A stretch of DNA of 64,000 nt from an uncultured Planctomycetota bacterium. Lineage in GTDB: Bacteria; Planctomycetota; PLA2; JAEUHO01. Of this stretch, positions 40,685-51,642 are shown one piece after another. The DNA is taken from the NCBI GenBank assembly GCA_963752285.1, contig CAVVXN010000003.1:320001-384000 (forward strand), given 5' to 3'. The position numbers were made by a program, and so were the translations under genes. The notes beneath the pieces are model-generated. The model was not told the DNA's origin, searched no databases, and saw only the letters and a program-made list of their open reading frames with translations. Position 1 is the first letter of the stretch, and each line of letters opens with the position of its first letter.

Positions 40685-43600
40685 ATGATCGGTCGCCTCA
40701 TCGCCGCCTGCATCCGGAACAAGCTCCTGGTGCTGCTCCTGGCGTTCCTCGCGTTCGCGGGGGGCATCTACTCGGCCTACGCCATCAAGCTCGACGCGAT
40801 CCCGGACCTCTCCGACGTCCAGGTGATCGTCTTGACGGAGTACCCCGGCCAGGCGCCGCAGGTGGTCGAGGACCAGGTCACGTACCCGTTGACCACGGCG
40901 ATGCTCGCCGTGCCGTACGCGAAGGTCGTTCGCGGTTACTCGTTCTTCGGTCTGTCGTTCGTCTACGTGATCTTCGAGGACGGGACGGACCTCTACTGGG
41001 CCCGTTCGCGCGTGCTGGAGTACCTGAACTTCGCACGCGGGAGGCTCCCCCCGGGCGTCACGCCGTCGCTGGGCCCGGACGCCACGGGCGTCGGCTGGGT
41101 CTACGAGTACAGCCTCGCGAACGGCTACTACTGTCCCGAGCACCCCCGCGGGATCTGGCACGACCCCGACGAGGACCGCTGGTACGAGAAGAAGGAAGAG
41201 GCGCCGCCGCGCCGTCAGGACGCTCTCCGGCGGGTGCGGGTGTTCGACGAGCCGGGCGTCTGCCCGCTCGACGGGAAGACCGAGCTCCGCCTGGCCCAGT
41301 ACGACCTCTCGGAGCTGAGGAGCCTCGAGGACTGGTACCTGCGCTACGAGCTGACCTCGGTGCCCGGCGTCTCGGAGGTGGCCTCGATCGGGGGCTTCGT
41401 CCGCCAGTACCAGGTCGTGGTGGACCCCGACAAGCTCCTCGCCTACGGGATCCCGCTCGGCAAGGTCAGGTCGGCGATCCAGAGCTCCAACAACGACGTG
41501 GGCGGCCGACTCCTCGAGCAGTCCGAGACCGAGTTCATGGTCCGGGGGCGCGGCTACCTGGGCGAGCTCACGGACAGAGAGCGCGCGGAGGCGAAGAGGG
41601 AGGGCGTCCCCCTCACGCGCGTGCGAAAGCGACAGGTCGTCGAGGACCTGCGGCAGATCCCCCTCGGGGCCACGTCGGCGGGGACGCCGATCCTGCTCGG
41701 CGACGTCGCTACCGTGCAGGTCGGTCCGGAGCTCCGCCGCGGACTCGCGGAGCGCAACGGCGAGGGGGAGGTGGCGGGCGGCATCGTCGTCATGCGCTTC
41801 GGCGAGAACGCGCTGGAGGTGATCCGTCGCACGAAGGCGAAGATCCAGGACCTCGAGAACGGTCTCCCCGCCGGGGTGACGGTTCGGACCGACTACGACC
41901 GCTCCGACCTCATCGAGCGCGCCGTGGACACGCTCAAGGAGAAGCTCCTCGAGGAGATGCTGGTCGTCGCGCTCGTGTGCGTGATCTTCCTGCTCCACGT
42001 TCGCAGCGCGTTCGTCGCGGTGTTCGTCCTGCCGACGGGCGTGCTCGTGTCGCTGATCCTCATGAACCTCCTGGGCATCAACGCGAACATCATGAGCCTG
42101 GGCGGGATCGCGATCGCGATCGGCGTGATGGTCGACTCCTCGATCATCATGGTCGAGAACGCGCACAAGCACTACGAACGGGAGAAGGGCGAGCGGAGCC
42201 ACGAGCAGATCATCACGGACGCGGCGAAGGAGGTCGGGCCGAGCCTCTTCTTCTCCCTCCTCGTCATCACGGTCTCCTTCCTCCCCGTCTTCGTGCTCGG
42301 CGAGCAGTCGGGCCGGATGTTCAAGCCCCTCGCGTACACGAAGACCTTCGCGATGGCCACCGCGGCCCTGCTTGCCGTGACCATGATCCCCGTGCTCATG
42401 GTGTTCTTCGTTCGGCGCCACGCCCTTCCCCCGGCGATGGCTCGGCGCGTGCGGTTCCGCATCATCACGCTGGCCGCGGCGCTGCCGCTGCTGTTGCTCG
42501 CGGGGTGGGCGCTGCTCGTCCCCAAGGACCTGAGCTCGCCCACCACCCGCTGGCTGGTGGACCACTGGCCGCTCGTGGGCCTCTCTTGGGTCGCCTTCGC
42601 CGTCGTGCTCCTCCTCCCGCAGCGGATCCTCGCCGAGCAGAAGAGCCCCGTCTCCCACGTCCTGATCCGTCTCTACGAGCCGTTCTTCTGGCTGGCCCTG
42701 AAGGGGAAGTGGCTGACCCTCGGGATCGCCGTCGTTCTGATGGCGAGCATGATCTACCCCTTCTCCAAGCTCGGCAGCGAGTTCATGCCGCCGCTCGAGG
42801 AGGGCGACCTCCTCTACATGCCGACGACCGACCCGGGGATCAGTGTCACGAAGGCGCGCCAGATCCTGCAGCAGACCGACAAGCTGATCGCGACCTTCCC
42901 GGAGGTCCAGAACGTCTTCGGCAAGATCGGGCGGTCCGAGACGGCGACCGATCCCGCGCCGCTCTCGATGATCGAGACCACGATCACGCTGCATCGCGAC
43001 CCGTCCAAGTGGAGGACCAGGAAGGTGCCCGGCTTCCTCGGCCTCGGGGAGGTCGAGCGCCCCATCACGATCCAGGAGCTCACCTACGGCTGGCACGACC
43101 CGGACGGGACCCACCACGAGGGCCTGAACGACGTCGTCCACTTCCCCGGCCTCACGAACGCGTGGACGATGCCCATCAAGACCCGCATCGACATGCTCTC
43201 GACCGGCATCAAGACGCCCGTCGGGATCAAGATCATGGGAGAGGACCTCGGGCAGCTCGCGGACCTCGCCCAGCGCATCGCCAGCGAGGTGCGGACCATT
43301 CCCGGCACGGTCTCGGCCTATCCCGAGAAGACGGTCGGCGGCAACTACCTGGACTTCGACGTGGACCGCGAGAAAGCCGCCCGATACGGGCTGACCGTGG
43401 GACAGGTCCAGGACGTGATCATGTCGGCGATGGGCGGGATGAACCTCACGACCACCGTCGAGGGGCTCGAGCGGTATCCGGTGAACCTCCGCTACATGCG
43501 CGAGCTCCGGGACAACCTCCCCGCGCTCGAGCGCACGCTGGTCTCCACGCCGGGCGGGGCACAGGTCCCGCTCGCCCAGGTCGCGAACGTCCGGATCCAC

Positions 43601-44368
43601 AAGGGCCCCCCGGCGATCAAGAGCGAGAACGCGCGCAAGACCGCGTGGATCTACGTGGACCTCTCCACGTCCGACATCGGGGGCTGGGTGGAGAAGGCGA
43701 AGCGGGTCGTCGCCGAGCACGTCGCGATGCCCTCGGGCTACACGCTCGCGTGGTCCGGGCAGTACGAGTACATGCAGGCCGCCACGAAGCGCCTCCGGCT
43801 GATCATCCCCATCACCCTCCTCCTGATCGTGCTCCTCCTCTACGCTTCCACGCGGAGCTGGTTCAGGACCGCGGTGGTGCTTCTCGCCGTTCCGTTCAGC
43901 CTCGTCGGCGCGATGTGGTTCCTCTACTTCTCGGGCTACAACCTCTCGCTGGCGGTCTGGGTGGGCATCATCGCCCTCGCGGGGCTCGACGCGGAGACCG
44001 GCGTCGTCATGCTGCTCTACCTCGACACCTCGTTCGAGCGATTCCGCAAGGAGGGGCGCATGCGCGATCGCGCCGACCTCCGTGCCGCGATCCACGACGG
44101 CGCGGTGAAGCGGATCCGCCCCAAGACCATGACGGTGGCCACGACCACGATCGGCCTGCTCCCGATCATGTTCGGGACGAGCGCCGGCTCGGACGTCATG
44201 AAGCGGATGGCCGCTCCGATGGTCGGGGGCCTCGTCACGAGCTTCCTGATGGAGCTCCTCGTCTACCCCGTCATCTTCCTCGTCGGGAAGGACATCCAGA
44301 TGCGCCTCGCCGCCCGGAGGGCCTCGCGGGCCGAGGCGTCGTCCCCGACCGCCCCGGAGTCTCGATGA
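40685..44368 (+). CDS. cusA: CusA-type Cu(I)/Ag(I) RND permease
   Basis: [28 protein letters not shown], Met-triad motifs LLYMPT / PLSMIET / [14 protein letters not shown]. Confidence 0.95.
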   Translation: MIGRLIAACIRNKLLVLLLAFLAFAGGIYSAYAIKLDAIPDLSDVQVIVLTEYPGQAPQVVEDQVTYPLTTAMLAVPYAKVVRGYSFFGLSFVYVIFEDGTDLYWARSRVLEYLNFARGRLPPGVTPSLGPDATGVGWVYEYSLANGYYCPEHPRGIWHDPDEDRWYEKKEEAPPRRQDALRRVRVFDEPGVCPLDGKTELRLAQYDLSELRSLEDWYLRYELTSVPGVSEVASIGGFVRQYQVVVDPDKLLAYGIPLGKVRSAIQSSNNDVGGRLLEQSETEFMVRGRGYLGELTDRERAEAKREGVPLTRVRKRQVVEDLRQIPLGATSAGTPILLGDVATVQVGPELRRGLAERNGEGEVAGGIVVMRFGENALEVIRRTKAKIQDLENGLPAGVTVRTDYDRSDLIERAVDTLKEKLLEEMLVVALVCVIFLLHVRSAFVAVFVLPTGVLVSLILMNLLGINANIMSLGGIAIAIGVMVDSSIIMVENAHKHYEREKGERSHEQIITDAAKEVGPSLFFSLLVITVSFLPVFVLGEQSGRMFKPLAYTKTFAMATAALLAVTMIPVLMVFFVRRHALPPAMARRVRFRIITLAAALPLLLLAGWALLVPKDLSSPTTRWLVDHWPLVGLSWVAFAVVLLLPQRILAEQKSPVSHVLIRLYEPFFWLALKGKWLTLGIAVVLMASMIYPFSKLGSEFMPPLEEGDLLYMPTTDPGISVTKARQILQQTDKLIATFPEVQNVFGKIGRSETATDPAPLSMIETTITLHRDPSKWRTRKVPGFLGLGEVERPITIQELTYGWHDPDGTHHEGLNDVVHFPGLTNAWTMPIKTRIDMLSTGIKTPVGIKIMGEDLGQLADLAQRIASEVRTIPGTVSAYPEKTVGGNYLDFDVDREKAARYGLTVGQVQDVIMSAMGGMNLTTTVEGLERYPVNLRYMRELRDNLPALERTLVSTPGGAQVPLAQVANVRIHKGPPAIKSENARKTAWIYVDLSTSDIGGWVEKAKRVVAEHVAMPSGYTLAWSGQYEYMQAATKRLRLIIPITLLLIVLLLYASTRSWFRTAVVLLAVPFSLVGAMWFLYFSGYNLSLAVWVGIIALAGLDAETGVVMLLYLDTSFERFRKEGRMRDRADLRAAIHDGAVKRIRPKTMTVATTTIGLLPIMFGTSAGSDVMKRMAAPMVGGLVTSFLMELLVYPVIFLVGKDIQMRLAARRASRAEASSPTAPESR

Positions 44369-46737
44369 GCGAATCCCCGACCCTTCCGATCGACCCGGTC
44401 TGCGGCATGACGGTCGATCCCGAACGCGCGCCCGCGCGCGAGCACGGCGGGCGGACCTGGCACTTCTGCTGCGAGGGATGCGCGAAGCGATTCGCAGAGG
44501 ACCCCGGGCGCTACCTCGCGCCGAAGTCGCCCGAGGCGCCGCCGCCGGAGGCCGCGGCGGCCGCCGACGCGACGTGGACCTGCCCGATGCACCCGGAGGT
44601 GAGGCAGGACCACCCGGGCGCGTGCCCCCTATGCGGCATGGCCCTCGAACGGAGCGTTCCGGCCTCGGAGAACGAGGAGGAGAGCGCCGAGCTCGTCGAC
44701 ATGCGGCGCCGCTTCTGGGCGAGCCTCGTGCTCACGATCCCCACGGTGTTCGTCGCGATGGGCGAGGCGCTTCCCGGCGTGGATCTCGCGTTCCTCGGTT
44801 CGCACGCGACCCGGAACGTGATCGAGGGCGTTCTCGCGACCCCCGTCGTGCTCTGGGGCGGCTGGCCGTTCTTCGTCCGGGCGATCGCCTCGCTCCGGAC
44901 CCGGAACCTCAACATGTTCACGCTGATCGGCCTCGGGACCGGCGTCGCGTGGACGTACAGCCTCGTCGCGACCCTGGCGCCGGGGATCTTCCCCCCGGCG
45001 TTCTACGGTCCGGGGGGAACGGTGGACGTCTACTTCGAGGCCGCGGCGGTGATCGTGACCCTCGTCCTCCTGGGCCAGGTGCTCGAGCTGCGAGCGCGCA
45101 GCTCGACGGGCGCGGCGATTCGCGCGCTCCTGGGCCTCGCGCCCAAGACGGCGCGCCGGATCGAAGACGGGAGCGAGCACGACGTCCCGCTCTACGACGT
45201 GCGCGTCGGCGACCGCCTCCGGATCCGGCCCGGCGAGAAGGTCCCCGTGGACGGCGAGGTGGTCGAGGGCAAGAGCGCCGTGGACGAGTCGATGGTGACC
45301 GGCGAGTCGATCCCCGTCGAGAAGGGCCCGGGCGATCGGTTGATCGGAGCGACGGTGAACGGCACGGGCTCCGTCGTGATGCGTGCGGACAAGATCGGCG
45401 CGGACACGCTGCTCGCCCAGATCGTCCGCATGGTGTCGGAGGCCCAGCGCAGCCGGGCGCCGATCCAGAGGCTCGCCGACGTGGCGGCCGGCTACTTCGT
45501 GCCGGTGGTGGTCGCGATCGCGGTGGTCACCTTCGTGGTCTGGGCCTCGTTCGGCCCGACCCCGAAGATGGCGCACGCGATCATCAACGCGGTCGCGGTG
45601 CTGATCATCGCCTGCCCGTGCGCGCTCGGCCTCGCGACGCCGATGTCGATCATGGTGGCGACGGGCCGGGGCGCCCAGCTCGGCGTGCTGTTCAAGAACG
45701 CCGAGGCGATCGAGGTCCTCCGACAGGTGGACACGCTCGTCGTGGACAAGACCGGAACGCTGACGGAGGGGAAGCCGCGGCTCGTCGCCGTCGAGCCCGA
45801 GGGATCGATCCGCGAGGAAGACCTCCTCGCGTGGGCGGCCGCCGTCGAGAAGGGGAGTGAGCACCCGCTCGCCGCGGCGATCGTCGAGGGCGCCCGGGAT
45901 CGGGGTGCGGCGTCGCTGGACGCCCGGGACTTCGAGTCGGTGACGGGGAAGGGCGCCGTCGCGGTCGTCTCCGGCCGCCGGGTCGCGCTCGGGAACGCGA
46001 GGCTCCTCGCGGACGAGGGGATCGACGTCGGCCCCCTCGCGGACCGCGCGGAGGCGCTCCGCCGCGAGGGGCGGACCGTGATGTTCGTCGCCGTGGACGG
46101 CCGGCCCGCGGGCCTCCTCGGCGTCGCAGACCCGGTCAAGGCGTCTACTCCGGACGCGATCCGGGCGCTGTGCGAGGAGGGCCTGCGCGTGGTCATGCTC
46201 ACCGGCGACAACCGGACGACCGCGGAGGCGGTGGCGAGGCGGCTCGGCATCGAGGACGTCCTGGCGGAGGTGCTGCCCGAGGACAAGGCGAAGGCCGTGC
46301 GGCGGCTCCAGGCCGAGGGAGCCGTGGTCGCGATGGCGGGCGACGGCGTGAACGACGCGCCCGCGCTCGCGGCGGCCCAGGTCGGGATCGCGATGGGGAC
46401 GGGGACCGACGTCGCGATGGAGAGCGCGGGCGTGACGCTCGTCAAGGGCGACCTCCAGGGCATCGTCCGCGCACGCCGGCTCAGTCGCGCGACGATGCGG
46501 AACATCCGCCAGAACCTGCTCTTCGCGTTCGTCTACAACTCGCTCGGCGTCCCCGTCGCCGCCGGGGTCCTCTACCCCGTCTTCGGCCTCCTGTTGAGCC
46601 CGATCATCGCCGCCGCGGCCATGAGCCTGAGCTCGGTCTCGGTGGTAGCCAACGCACTCCGCCTCAAAACGACTCCCGACCCAGATTTTCGAGCAAAACG
46701 ACTCCCGACCCAGATTTTCGAGGAGACCACCCGATGA
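44365..46737 (+). CDS. copA: Cu(I)-translocating P1B-type ATPase with N-terminal YHS and CPMHP domains
   Basis: C-terminal part of ORF 38890..46737; DPVCGM, TCPMHP, TGES, CPC, DKTGT, SEHP, GDGVND, YN and MSLSS. Confidence 0.95.
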   Translation: MSESPTLPIDPVCGMTVDPERAPAREHGGRTWHFCCEGCAKRFAEDPGRYLAPKSPEAPPPEAAAAADATWTCPMHPEVRQDHPGACPLCGMALERSVPASENEEESAELVDMRRRFWASLVLTIPTVFVAMGEALPGVDLAFLGSHATRNVIEGVLATPVVLWGGWPFFVRAIASLRTRNLNMFTLIGLGTGVAWTYSLVATLAPGIFPPAFYGPGGTVDVYFEAAAVIVTLVLLGQVLELRARSSTGAAIRALLGLAPKTARRIEDGSEHDVPLYDVRVGDRLRIRPGEKVPVDGEVVEGKSAVDESMVTGESIPVEKGPGDRLIGATVNGTGSVVMRADKIGADTLLAQIVRMVSEAQRSRAPIQRLADVAAGYFVPVVVAIAVVTFVVWASFGPTPKMAHAIINAVAVLIIACPCALGLATPMSIMVATGRGAQLGVLFKNAEAIEVLRQVDTLVVDKTGTLTEGKPRLVAVEPEGSIREEDLLAWAAAVEKGSEHPLAAAIVEGARDRGAASLDARDFESVTGKGAVAVVSGRRVALGNARLLADEGIDVGPLADRAEALRREGRTVMFVAVDGRPAGLLGVADPVKASTPDAIRALCEEGLRVVMLTGDNRTTAEAVARRLGIEDVLAEVLPEDKAKAVRRLQAEGAVVAMAGDGVNDAPALAAAQVGIAMGTGTDVAMESAGVTLVKGDLQGIVRARRLSRATMRNIRQNLLFAFVYNSLGVPVAAGVLYPVFGLLLSPIIAAAAMSLSSVSVVANALRLKTTPDPDFRAKRLPTQIFEETTR
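46665..46722 (+). repeat. Perfect 29-bp tandem duplication at the copA 3' end
   Basis: CAAAACGACTCCCGACCCAGATTTTCGAG at 46665-46693 and 46694-46722. Confidence 0.95.
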
Positions 46738-47498
46738 GATTCGCCCTCTCGAGCGCGACGCTGGCCCTGGCGGCGGCCCTCCTGGCGCCGACCCTGGCGC
46801 GGGCCGGCGACCCGGCCCCCGACCCCCTGTCCGCCGCGCGGGAAGCCGCCGGCTCCGTGAACGGCCTCTGTCCGGTCACGGCCCGCCTCGTCACGGCCGA
46901 CGCCGGCACGGCGACGTACCGCGACGAGAAGATCGGGTTCGCGACGTCCGACGCGCGGTCCACGTTCGAGTCCGACCCCGTGCGCTACCTCGAAACCCTG
47001 CGCGCCGACCCGGCGCGGTACGGGTACGTCTCCCGGTGGCCGACCACCGATGCGCTCGTCCGCGCGAAGACGGACGCGGGGACGGCCAACGGCCTCTGCC
47101 CCGTGATGCACCGCCCCGTGAAGAAGAGCGGCGGCGTGGTCGAGGTCGAGGGCCAGAAGATCGGCTTCTGCTGCCCCGGCTGCGTCGGGAAGTTCCGGGC
47201 GGCGACGGGGACGTACCTCCGCGAGATGCGGGCCGACCCGACGGCGTACGCGTACGACCGCCCGGGGCCGACGAACGCCGAGCTGCGACAGGCGCGCGAG
47301 GCCGCGGGCACGGCGAACGGTCTGTGCCCCGTCATGAAGCGGCTCGTCACCGCACGCGGCGGCACCGTCGAGTACGAGGGCCAGAAGTTCGGTTTCTGCT
47401 GCCGCGGCTGCGTGCAGAAGTTCGAGGCCGACCCCGCGGCCTTCGTGAAGGCGATGCAGGCGGAGCCCGGGGTCTACGGCTACCTCCCGTCGCCCTGA
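46734..47498 (+). CDS. Exported protein with three YHS-like repeats (putative metallochaperone)
   Basis: Signal peptide [24 protein letters not shown]; three NGLCPV...K.GF repeats, two with CC.GC; GAGGAG RBS. Confidence 0.8.
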   Translation: MRFALSSATLALAAALLAPTLARAGDPAPDPLSAAREAAGSVNGLCPVTARLVTADAGTATYRDEKIGFATSDARSTFESDPVRYLETLRADPARYGYVSRWPTTDALVRAKTDAGTANGLCPVMHRPVKKSGGVVEVEGQKIGFCCPGCVGKFRAATGTYLREMRADPTAYAYDRPGPTNAELRQAREAAGTANGLCPVMKRLVTARGGTVEYEGQKFGFCCRGCVQKFEADPAAFVKAMQAEPGVYGYLPSP

Positions 47499-47532
47499 CG
47501 GATCCCTCGCCTTCCTCGGGTACGCTCTCGCC

Positions 47533-48513
47533 GTGGTCCTCTCCGCCTCCACCCCCCTCACCGGCACCGACGCCTCGCACGCGAACGTCTCCGTCGCGAA
47601 GCTGAGCGTCCTGACCGCCTCCAGCCTCGGCGTCTTGAAGCTCGCGGCCGCGATCTTCACGGGCTCCCTCGCCGTCGTGGCGTCGCTCGTAGACTCGTTC
47701 ATGGACGTCATCGCGTCCTCCGTCAACTACCTGGCGGTCCGTGTCGCGGGCCGCCCCGCGGACGAGGACCACGCGTACGGCCACGGGAAGGCCGAGGGCC
47801 TGGCGGGCCTCGCGCAGTCCGTCGTGGTCGGCTTCTCGGGCTTCTTCCTCCTGGTCGAGGGCGTCCGTCGTCTCATCGCGGGCGAGGGGATCCAGCACGA
47901 GGAGCTCGGCATCGTGGTCATGGTGATCTCGACGATTGCCAGCGTGTGGATCACGTGGCGGCTCCGTCGCACCGCGCGGCGCACCGGATCCGTCGCCATC
48001 GCGGCCGACGCGGTCCACTACGCGAGCGACGTGTGGACGAACCTCGGCGTGCTGGTGGCCCTGCTCTCGATCCGGCTCCTCGGCTGGCAGTGGATCGACG
48101 GGGTCGTGGCCACGGCCGTCGCGTTCGTGGTCCTCGGCACCGCGGTCCGGGTGCTGATGCGATCGGCGGACGAGCTGATGGACAAGGGTCTTCCCGAGGA
48201 GCACGTGACCGACTTGATCGAGGCCGTGCAGCGGCGGGTCCCCGAGATGCGCGGCCTCCACGACATTCGCACGCGCAAGGCGGGGCCGAACATCTTCATG
48301 GACTGCCACGTGCAGTTCGACCGCGACCTCTCGTTCGTCGAGGCGCATCGGCTCTCGGAGCGCGTGCGGATCGCGATCGAGAAGGAGCGGCCCGGCGCGC
48401 TCGTGAACGTCCACGCGGACCCCTATCCGCTCCTTCCCACGGACCTCGACGACGACGGCGGCACCCACGCCGACGAGAGCCACGTCGCCGGGTCGTCCCG
48501 CCCGCCGGCATGA
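47533..48513 (+). CDS. Cation diffusion facilitator transporter (FieF-like)
   Basis: TGSLAVVASLVDSFMD, PADEDHAYGHGKAE, ADAVHYASD, EAHRLSE, VHADP. Confidence 0.92.
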   Translation: MVLSASTPLTGTDASHANVSVAKLSVLTASSLGVLKLAAAIFTGSLAVVASLVDSFMDVIASSVNYLAVRVAGRPADEDHAYGHGKAEGLAGLAQSVVVGFSGFFLLVEGVRRLIAGEGIQHEELGIVVMVISTIASVWITWRLRRTARRTGSVAIAADAVHYASDVWTNLGVLVALLSIRLLGWQWIDGVVATAVAFVVLGTAVRVLMRSADELMDKGLPEEHVTDLIEAVQRRVPEMRGLHDIRTRKAGPNIFMDCHVQFDRDLSFVEAHRLSERVRIAIEKERPGALVNVHADPYPLLPTDLDDDGGTHADESHVAGSSRPPA

Positions 48514-49343
48514 CGGTCGAGGTCCGGGTCCTCGGCACCACGCAGGACGGCGGCGTGCCCCACGCCGGCTGCGCGTGCGCGACCTGCGCCGCGGCGCGGG
48601 ACGACCCCGGCGCGCGCCGTCTCGTGGCTTCGATCGCGGTGATCGGCGCGAGCGGCCGCGTCCTCGTGGTGGACGCGACGCCCGACCTCCCCCTCCAGGC
48701 CGCGCGGCTCGGTCGAGACCTCGGCCTCGCGGGTCCGCGCCTCGACGCGCTGCTCCTGACCCACGCCCACGTGGGCCACTACCTGGGCCTCGCGTTCCTC
48801 GGCCGCGAGGCGATGGACGCGAAAGGCCTCCCGATCCACGCGACCCCGCGCATGGCGTCGTTCCTCGCGGGGAACCGCCCGTGGAGTCACCTGGTGGACC
48901 GGGCAGAGGTCACCCTCGAGACGATCGCGCCCGGCACGCCGCTCCCCTTCGACGGCGTCGCGGTCGTCCCCTTCGCGTCACCCCACCGCGGCGAGGACAC
49001 GGACACCGTCGGCGTCGAGGTGGTCGGGCCTTCGCGCCGCCTCGTCTACCTGCCCGACACGGACCGCTGGACCGACGATCTCGTCCAGCGCGTGCGGGGC
49101 GCGGACGTGGCCCTCGTGGACGGCACCTTCTACGACGCGAACGAGCTCCCACGGCGCGAGGTCTCGTCCGTGCCCCATCCGCTCGTCCGCCAGAGCGTCG
49201 TGGCCCTCGCGGGCGCCCGCGGCAGGGTCCACTTCACGCACCTGAACCACACGAACCCGCTCATCGATCCTGCCCCCGCGCGCCGTCCGACGTTGCCCCC
49301 GGGCTTCGAGGTCCTCGCGGAGGGCGCGGTCTTCGCACTCTGA
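48510..49343 (+). CDS. Metallo-beta-lactamase-fold hydrolase (PqqB-like)
   Basis: VLGTTQDGGVPHAGCACATC, DATPD, LTHAHVGHYLGL, DGTFY, THLNHTNP. Confidence 0.88.
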   Translation: MTVEVRVLGTTQDGGVPHAGCACATCAAARDDPGARRLVASIAVIGASGRVLVVDATPDLPLQAARLGRDLGLAGPRLDALLLTHAHVGHYLGLAFLGREAMDAKGLPIHATPRMASFLAGNRPWSHLVDRAEVTLETIAPGTPLPFDGVAVVPFASPHRGEDTDTVGVEVVGPSRRLVYLPDTDRWTDDLVQRVRGADVALVDGTFYDANELPRREVSSVPHPLVRQSVVALAGARGRVHFTHLNHTNPLIDPAPARRPTLPPGFEVLAEGAVFAL

Positions 49344-49371
49344 CCGGGCGCCCCGCGCGAAGGGCCGAGCC

Positions 49372-50574
49372 TCAGAGGGGCGCGCCGCAGCGGAGGCAGC
49401 TCTGGACGCGTCCCTGGAGCTCGGGCGGGATCTTGAGCGTCGCGCCGCACGTGGCGCAGTGGACCTTCTGGTAGCCCGCGCCCGCGAGGTACGCATCGGA
49501 GGCCTCGCGCAGGCGCGCCGGCTCGGACGGGGCATCGCCCGACGCGGCCGGCCGGGCCTCGGTCTCGGCGGCGTCCGCGAGCGAGCCCGTGCCGACCACG
49601 TGGTCCTTCTTCCCCTGGACCCGTCGCCACGCTTCGTCGTACGCGCGCGGGTCCGCTCGGCCGCCCATGCTGCGCAGGATCCGGATCCGCTTCTCGAGGG
49701 GCGGGTGGGTCGCGAAGGCCTCCGACAAGCTGCGGTGCTCGCCCTGCTTCAGCGGCCGGACGATGTACATCGGCGCCGTGACGCGGCTCTGGTCGGCCTG
49801 GGGGACCGACGCGCCGCCGAGCTTCTCGAGGGCGGACGCGAGTCCCTCCGGGTACCGCGTGAACATGGCCGAGGAGGCGTCCGCGAGGTACTCGCGGCGG
49901 CGCGAGAGCGCGAGGTAGATGAGCTGCGCGAGGATGGGGGCGAGGATCAGCAACAGAACGGACACGATCATCATCACGGCCTGCGCGCCACCCCCGCCGC
50001 TGTCCCGGGAGCGCCGAGACCCGCCCGTCCACCAGAGCGCGCGAAGCCCCACCTCGGCCAGGAGCACGATCGCCCCGGCCATGATGCCGGCCGTCGTCAT
50101 CAGCGCGACGTCCCGGTTCTTCACGTGACCGATCTCGTGGCCGATCACGCCCTGGAGCTCGTCGCGGTTCATGCGCTTCAAGAGCCCGATCGTCACGGCG
50201 ACGGCCGCCCGGTCCGGGTCCCGGCCCACCGCGAAGGCGTTGGGCGACGGGTCGTCCACGATGAACACGCGCGGCATCTGGCCGAGATTGGCCGCGATCG
50301 TCATCTCCTCGACGACGTTGAAGAGCTGTGGATGGTCCGCCTTCTGGATCTCCTTCGCGCCGGCCATCTGGAGCAGGATGTCGTCGCCCGAGCTCCGCAT
50401 CACGATCCACTGGACGAGCCAGAGCCCGAACGCGATGCCGCCGCCCCAGAGGATGCCCTGCCGCGTCCCGGCGAAGGTCGCGCCCAGCGCCATCCCCACG
50501 GCGACGAGCAGCACGCCCATCGCGGTCACCACGAAGACGCTGCGCCGCCGGTTCGATCGGATCTGGTCCCACAT
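49372..50574 (-). CDS. htpX: HtpX/M48 membrane zinc protease with C-terminal Zn ribbon
   Basis: PNAFAVG, GHEIGH, SRRREYLAD, FATHPP; terminal CATC...CLRC. Confidence 0.92.
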   Translation of the reverse strand: MWDQIRSNRRRSVFVVTAMGVLLVAVGMALGATFAGTRQGILWGGGIAFGLWLVQWIVMRSSGDDILLQMAGAKEIQKADHPQLFNVVEEMTIAANLGQMPRVFIVDDPSPNAFAVGRDPDRAAVAVTIGLLKRMNRDELQGVIGHEIGHVKNRDVALMTTAGIMAGAIVLLAEVGLRALWWTGGSRRSRDSGGGGAQAVMMIVSVLLLILAPILAQLIYLALSRRREYLADASSAMFTRYPEGLASALEKLGGASVPQADQSRVTAPMYIVRPLKQGEHRSLSEAFATHPPLEKRIRILRSMGGRADPRAYDEAWRRVQGKKDHVVGTGSLADAAETEARPAASGDAPSEPARLREASDAYLAGAGYQKVHCATCGATLKIPPELQGRVQSCLRCGAPL

Positions 50575-50583
50575 GGGAGGCGC

Positions 50584-51141
50584 TCAGCCCTGGCCGCCGA
50601 AGCCGACGGTGGGCACCGCGCGCTCCGAGACCAGCTCGACCCGGAAGAACTCGGCCCGGGGGAAGCCGCCCGCGATGAGGTTTGCGGGGAACACCTCCCG
50701 CGCGGTGTTGTAGCGCGTCGCCGCGTCGTTGTAGGCCTGTCTCGCGAACGCGATCTTGTTCTCCGTGCTGGTGAGCTCCTCCTGGAGGGCCAGGAAGTTC
50801 TGGTTGGCCTTGAGGTCCGGGTATGCCTCGACGAGCGCGAACACCCGTCCGAGCAGGGCGCCGAGCACGCCTTCGGCCGCCGACGCCTCCGCCGGGCCGT
50901 GGGCCGAGACCGCGGCGCTGCGCGCCTGGACCACCTGGTCCAGGACCTCGCGCTCGTGCTTCGCGTAGCCCTTCACCGTCTCGACGAGCGGAGGGATCAG
51001 GTCGTGGCGCCGCTTCAGCTGCACGTCGATCTGCGACCAGCCGTTGTCCTTCTCGTTCTTGAGGGCCACCAGGCGGTTGTAGATGGCCACAAACCACAGC
51101 ACGAGCAGGAGCGCGATCCCCAAGAGGATCCAGACGATCAT
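50584..51141 (-). CDS. lemA: LemA family protein
   Basis: WSQIDVQLKRRHDLIP.LVETVKGYA.HE, EAYPDLKANQNF, ENKIAFARQAYN. Confidence 0.95.
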   Translation of the reverse strand: MIVWILLGIALLLVLWFVAIYNRLVALKNEKDNGWSQIDVQLKRRHDLIPPLVETVKGYAKHEREVLDQVVQARSAAVSAHGPAEASAAEGVLGALLGRVFALVEAYPDLKANQNFLALQEELTSTENKIAFARQAYNDAATRYNTAREVFPANLIAGGFPRAEFFRVELVSERAVPTVGFGGQG

Positions 51142-51557
51142 CGCGTTCCCTCCTCGCGCGCCGGTGCGGAGAACCCGCCGAGGAAGCTCCGGATGCGGCG
51201 GAGCGGCGCGTCGTCCTCGCCGAGCGAGGCGGTGAGCAGCGCCTCCACCTCGCCGCGGTCGAACCACAGGCCGTGTCCGCGCCGGCAGCGGTCGAGCACG
51301 ACGGACTCGTCGTCCGGCCCGACGACCAGCTCCATCGGCGCCCGGCAACGCGGGCAACGTCGCCGGCGTCGCTGGTCCGCCTGCGCGTGGAGCTGCTCCT
51401 CGAGGTGCTCGAGCCCCTCGGGCGCGCCCGCGAGGTGGTAGAGCTGGCCGATCTCCTGCTTGTCGAACCAGAGCCCGTGCTTGGAGGGGCAGGCGTCGAG
51501 CTCGACGCCCTCGACCTCGACGATCACCATGGGCTCGCGGCAGGCGGGGCAGAGCAT
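51138..51557 (-). CDS. Double zf-TFIIB-type zinc-ribbon protein
   Basis: CPAC..M...LDAC...HGLWFD and CPRC..M...LDRC...HGLWFD repeats; GGAGG RBS. Confidence 0.85.
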   Translation of the reverse strand: MLCPACREPMVIVEVEGVELDACPSKHGLWFDKQEIGQLYHLAGAPEGLEHLEEQLHAQADQRRRRRCPRCRAPMELVVGPDDESVVLDRCRRGHGLWFDRGEVEALLTASLGEDDAPLRRIRSFLGGFSAPAREEGTR

Positions 51558-51642
51558 CGGGTCCTCCCGGGCCCCGAGCGGCCCGCACACGTCCTACGGG
51601 GGAGGGCGCCCCCCCGCAAGGGAGGGTGGACCTCGGCCCCCC

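Noticed and set aside
38890..44364. Apparent 2615-aa giant ORF
   Set aside because: Only the part from ATG 44365 is CopA; the upstream part is a stop-free Arg/Gly/Pro-rich alternative frame over cusB and cusA.
48510..49343. PQQ biosynthesis cluster
   Set aside because: Only a PqqB-like hydrolase is present; no pqqA/C/D/E.
35065..49343. Metal-resistance genomic island or transposon
   Set aside because: No integrase, transposase, tRNA or flanking direct repeats were seen, and the composition resembles the flanks.
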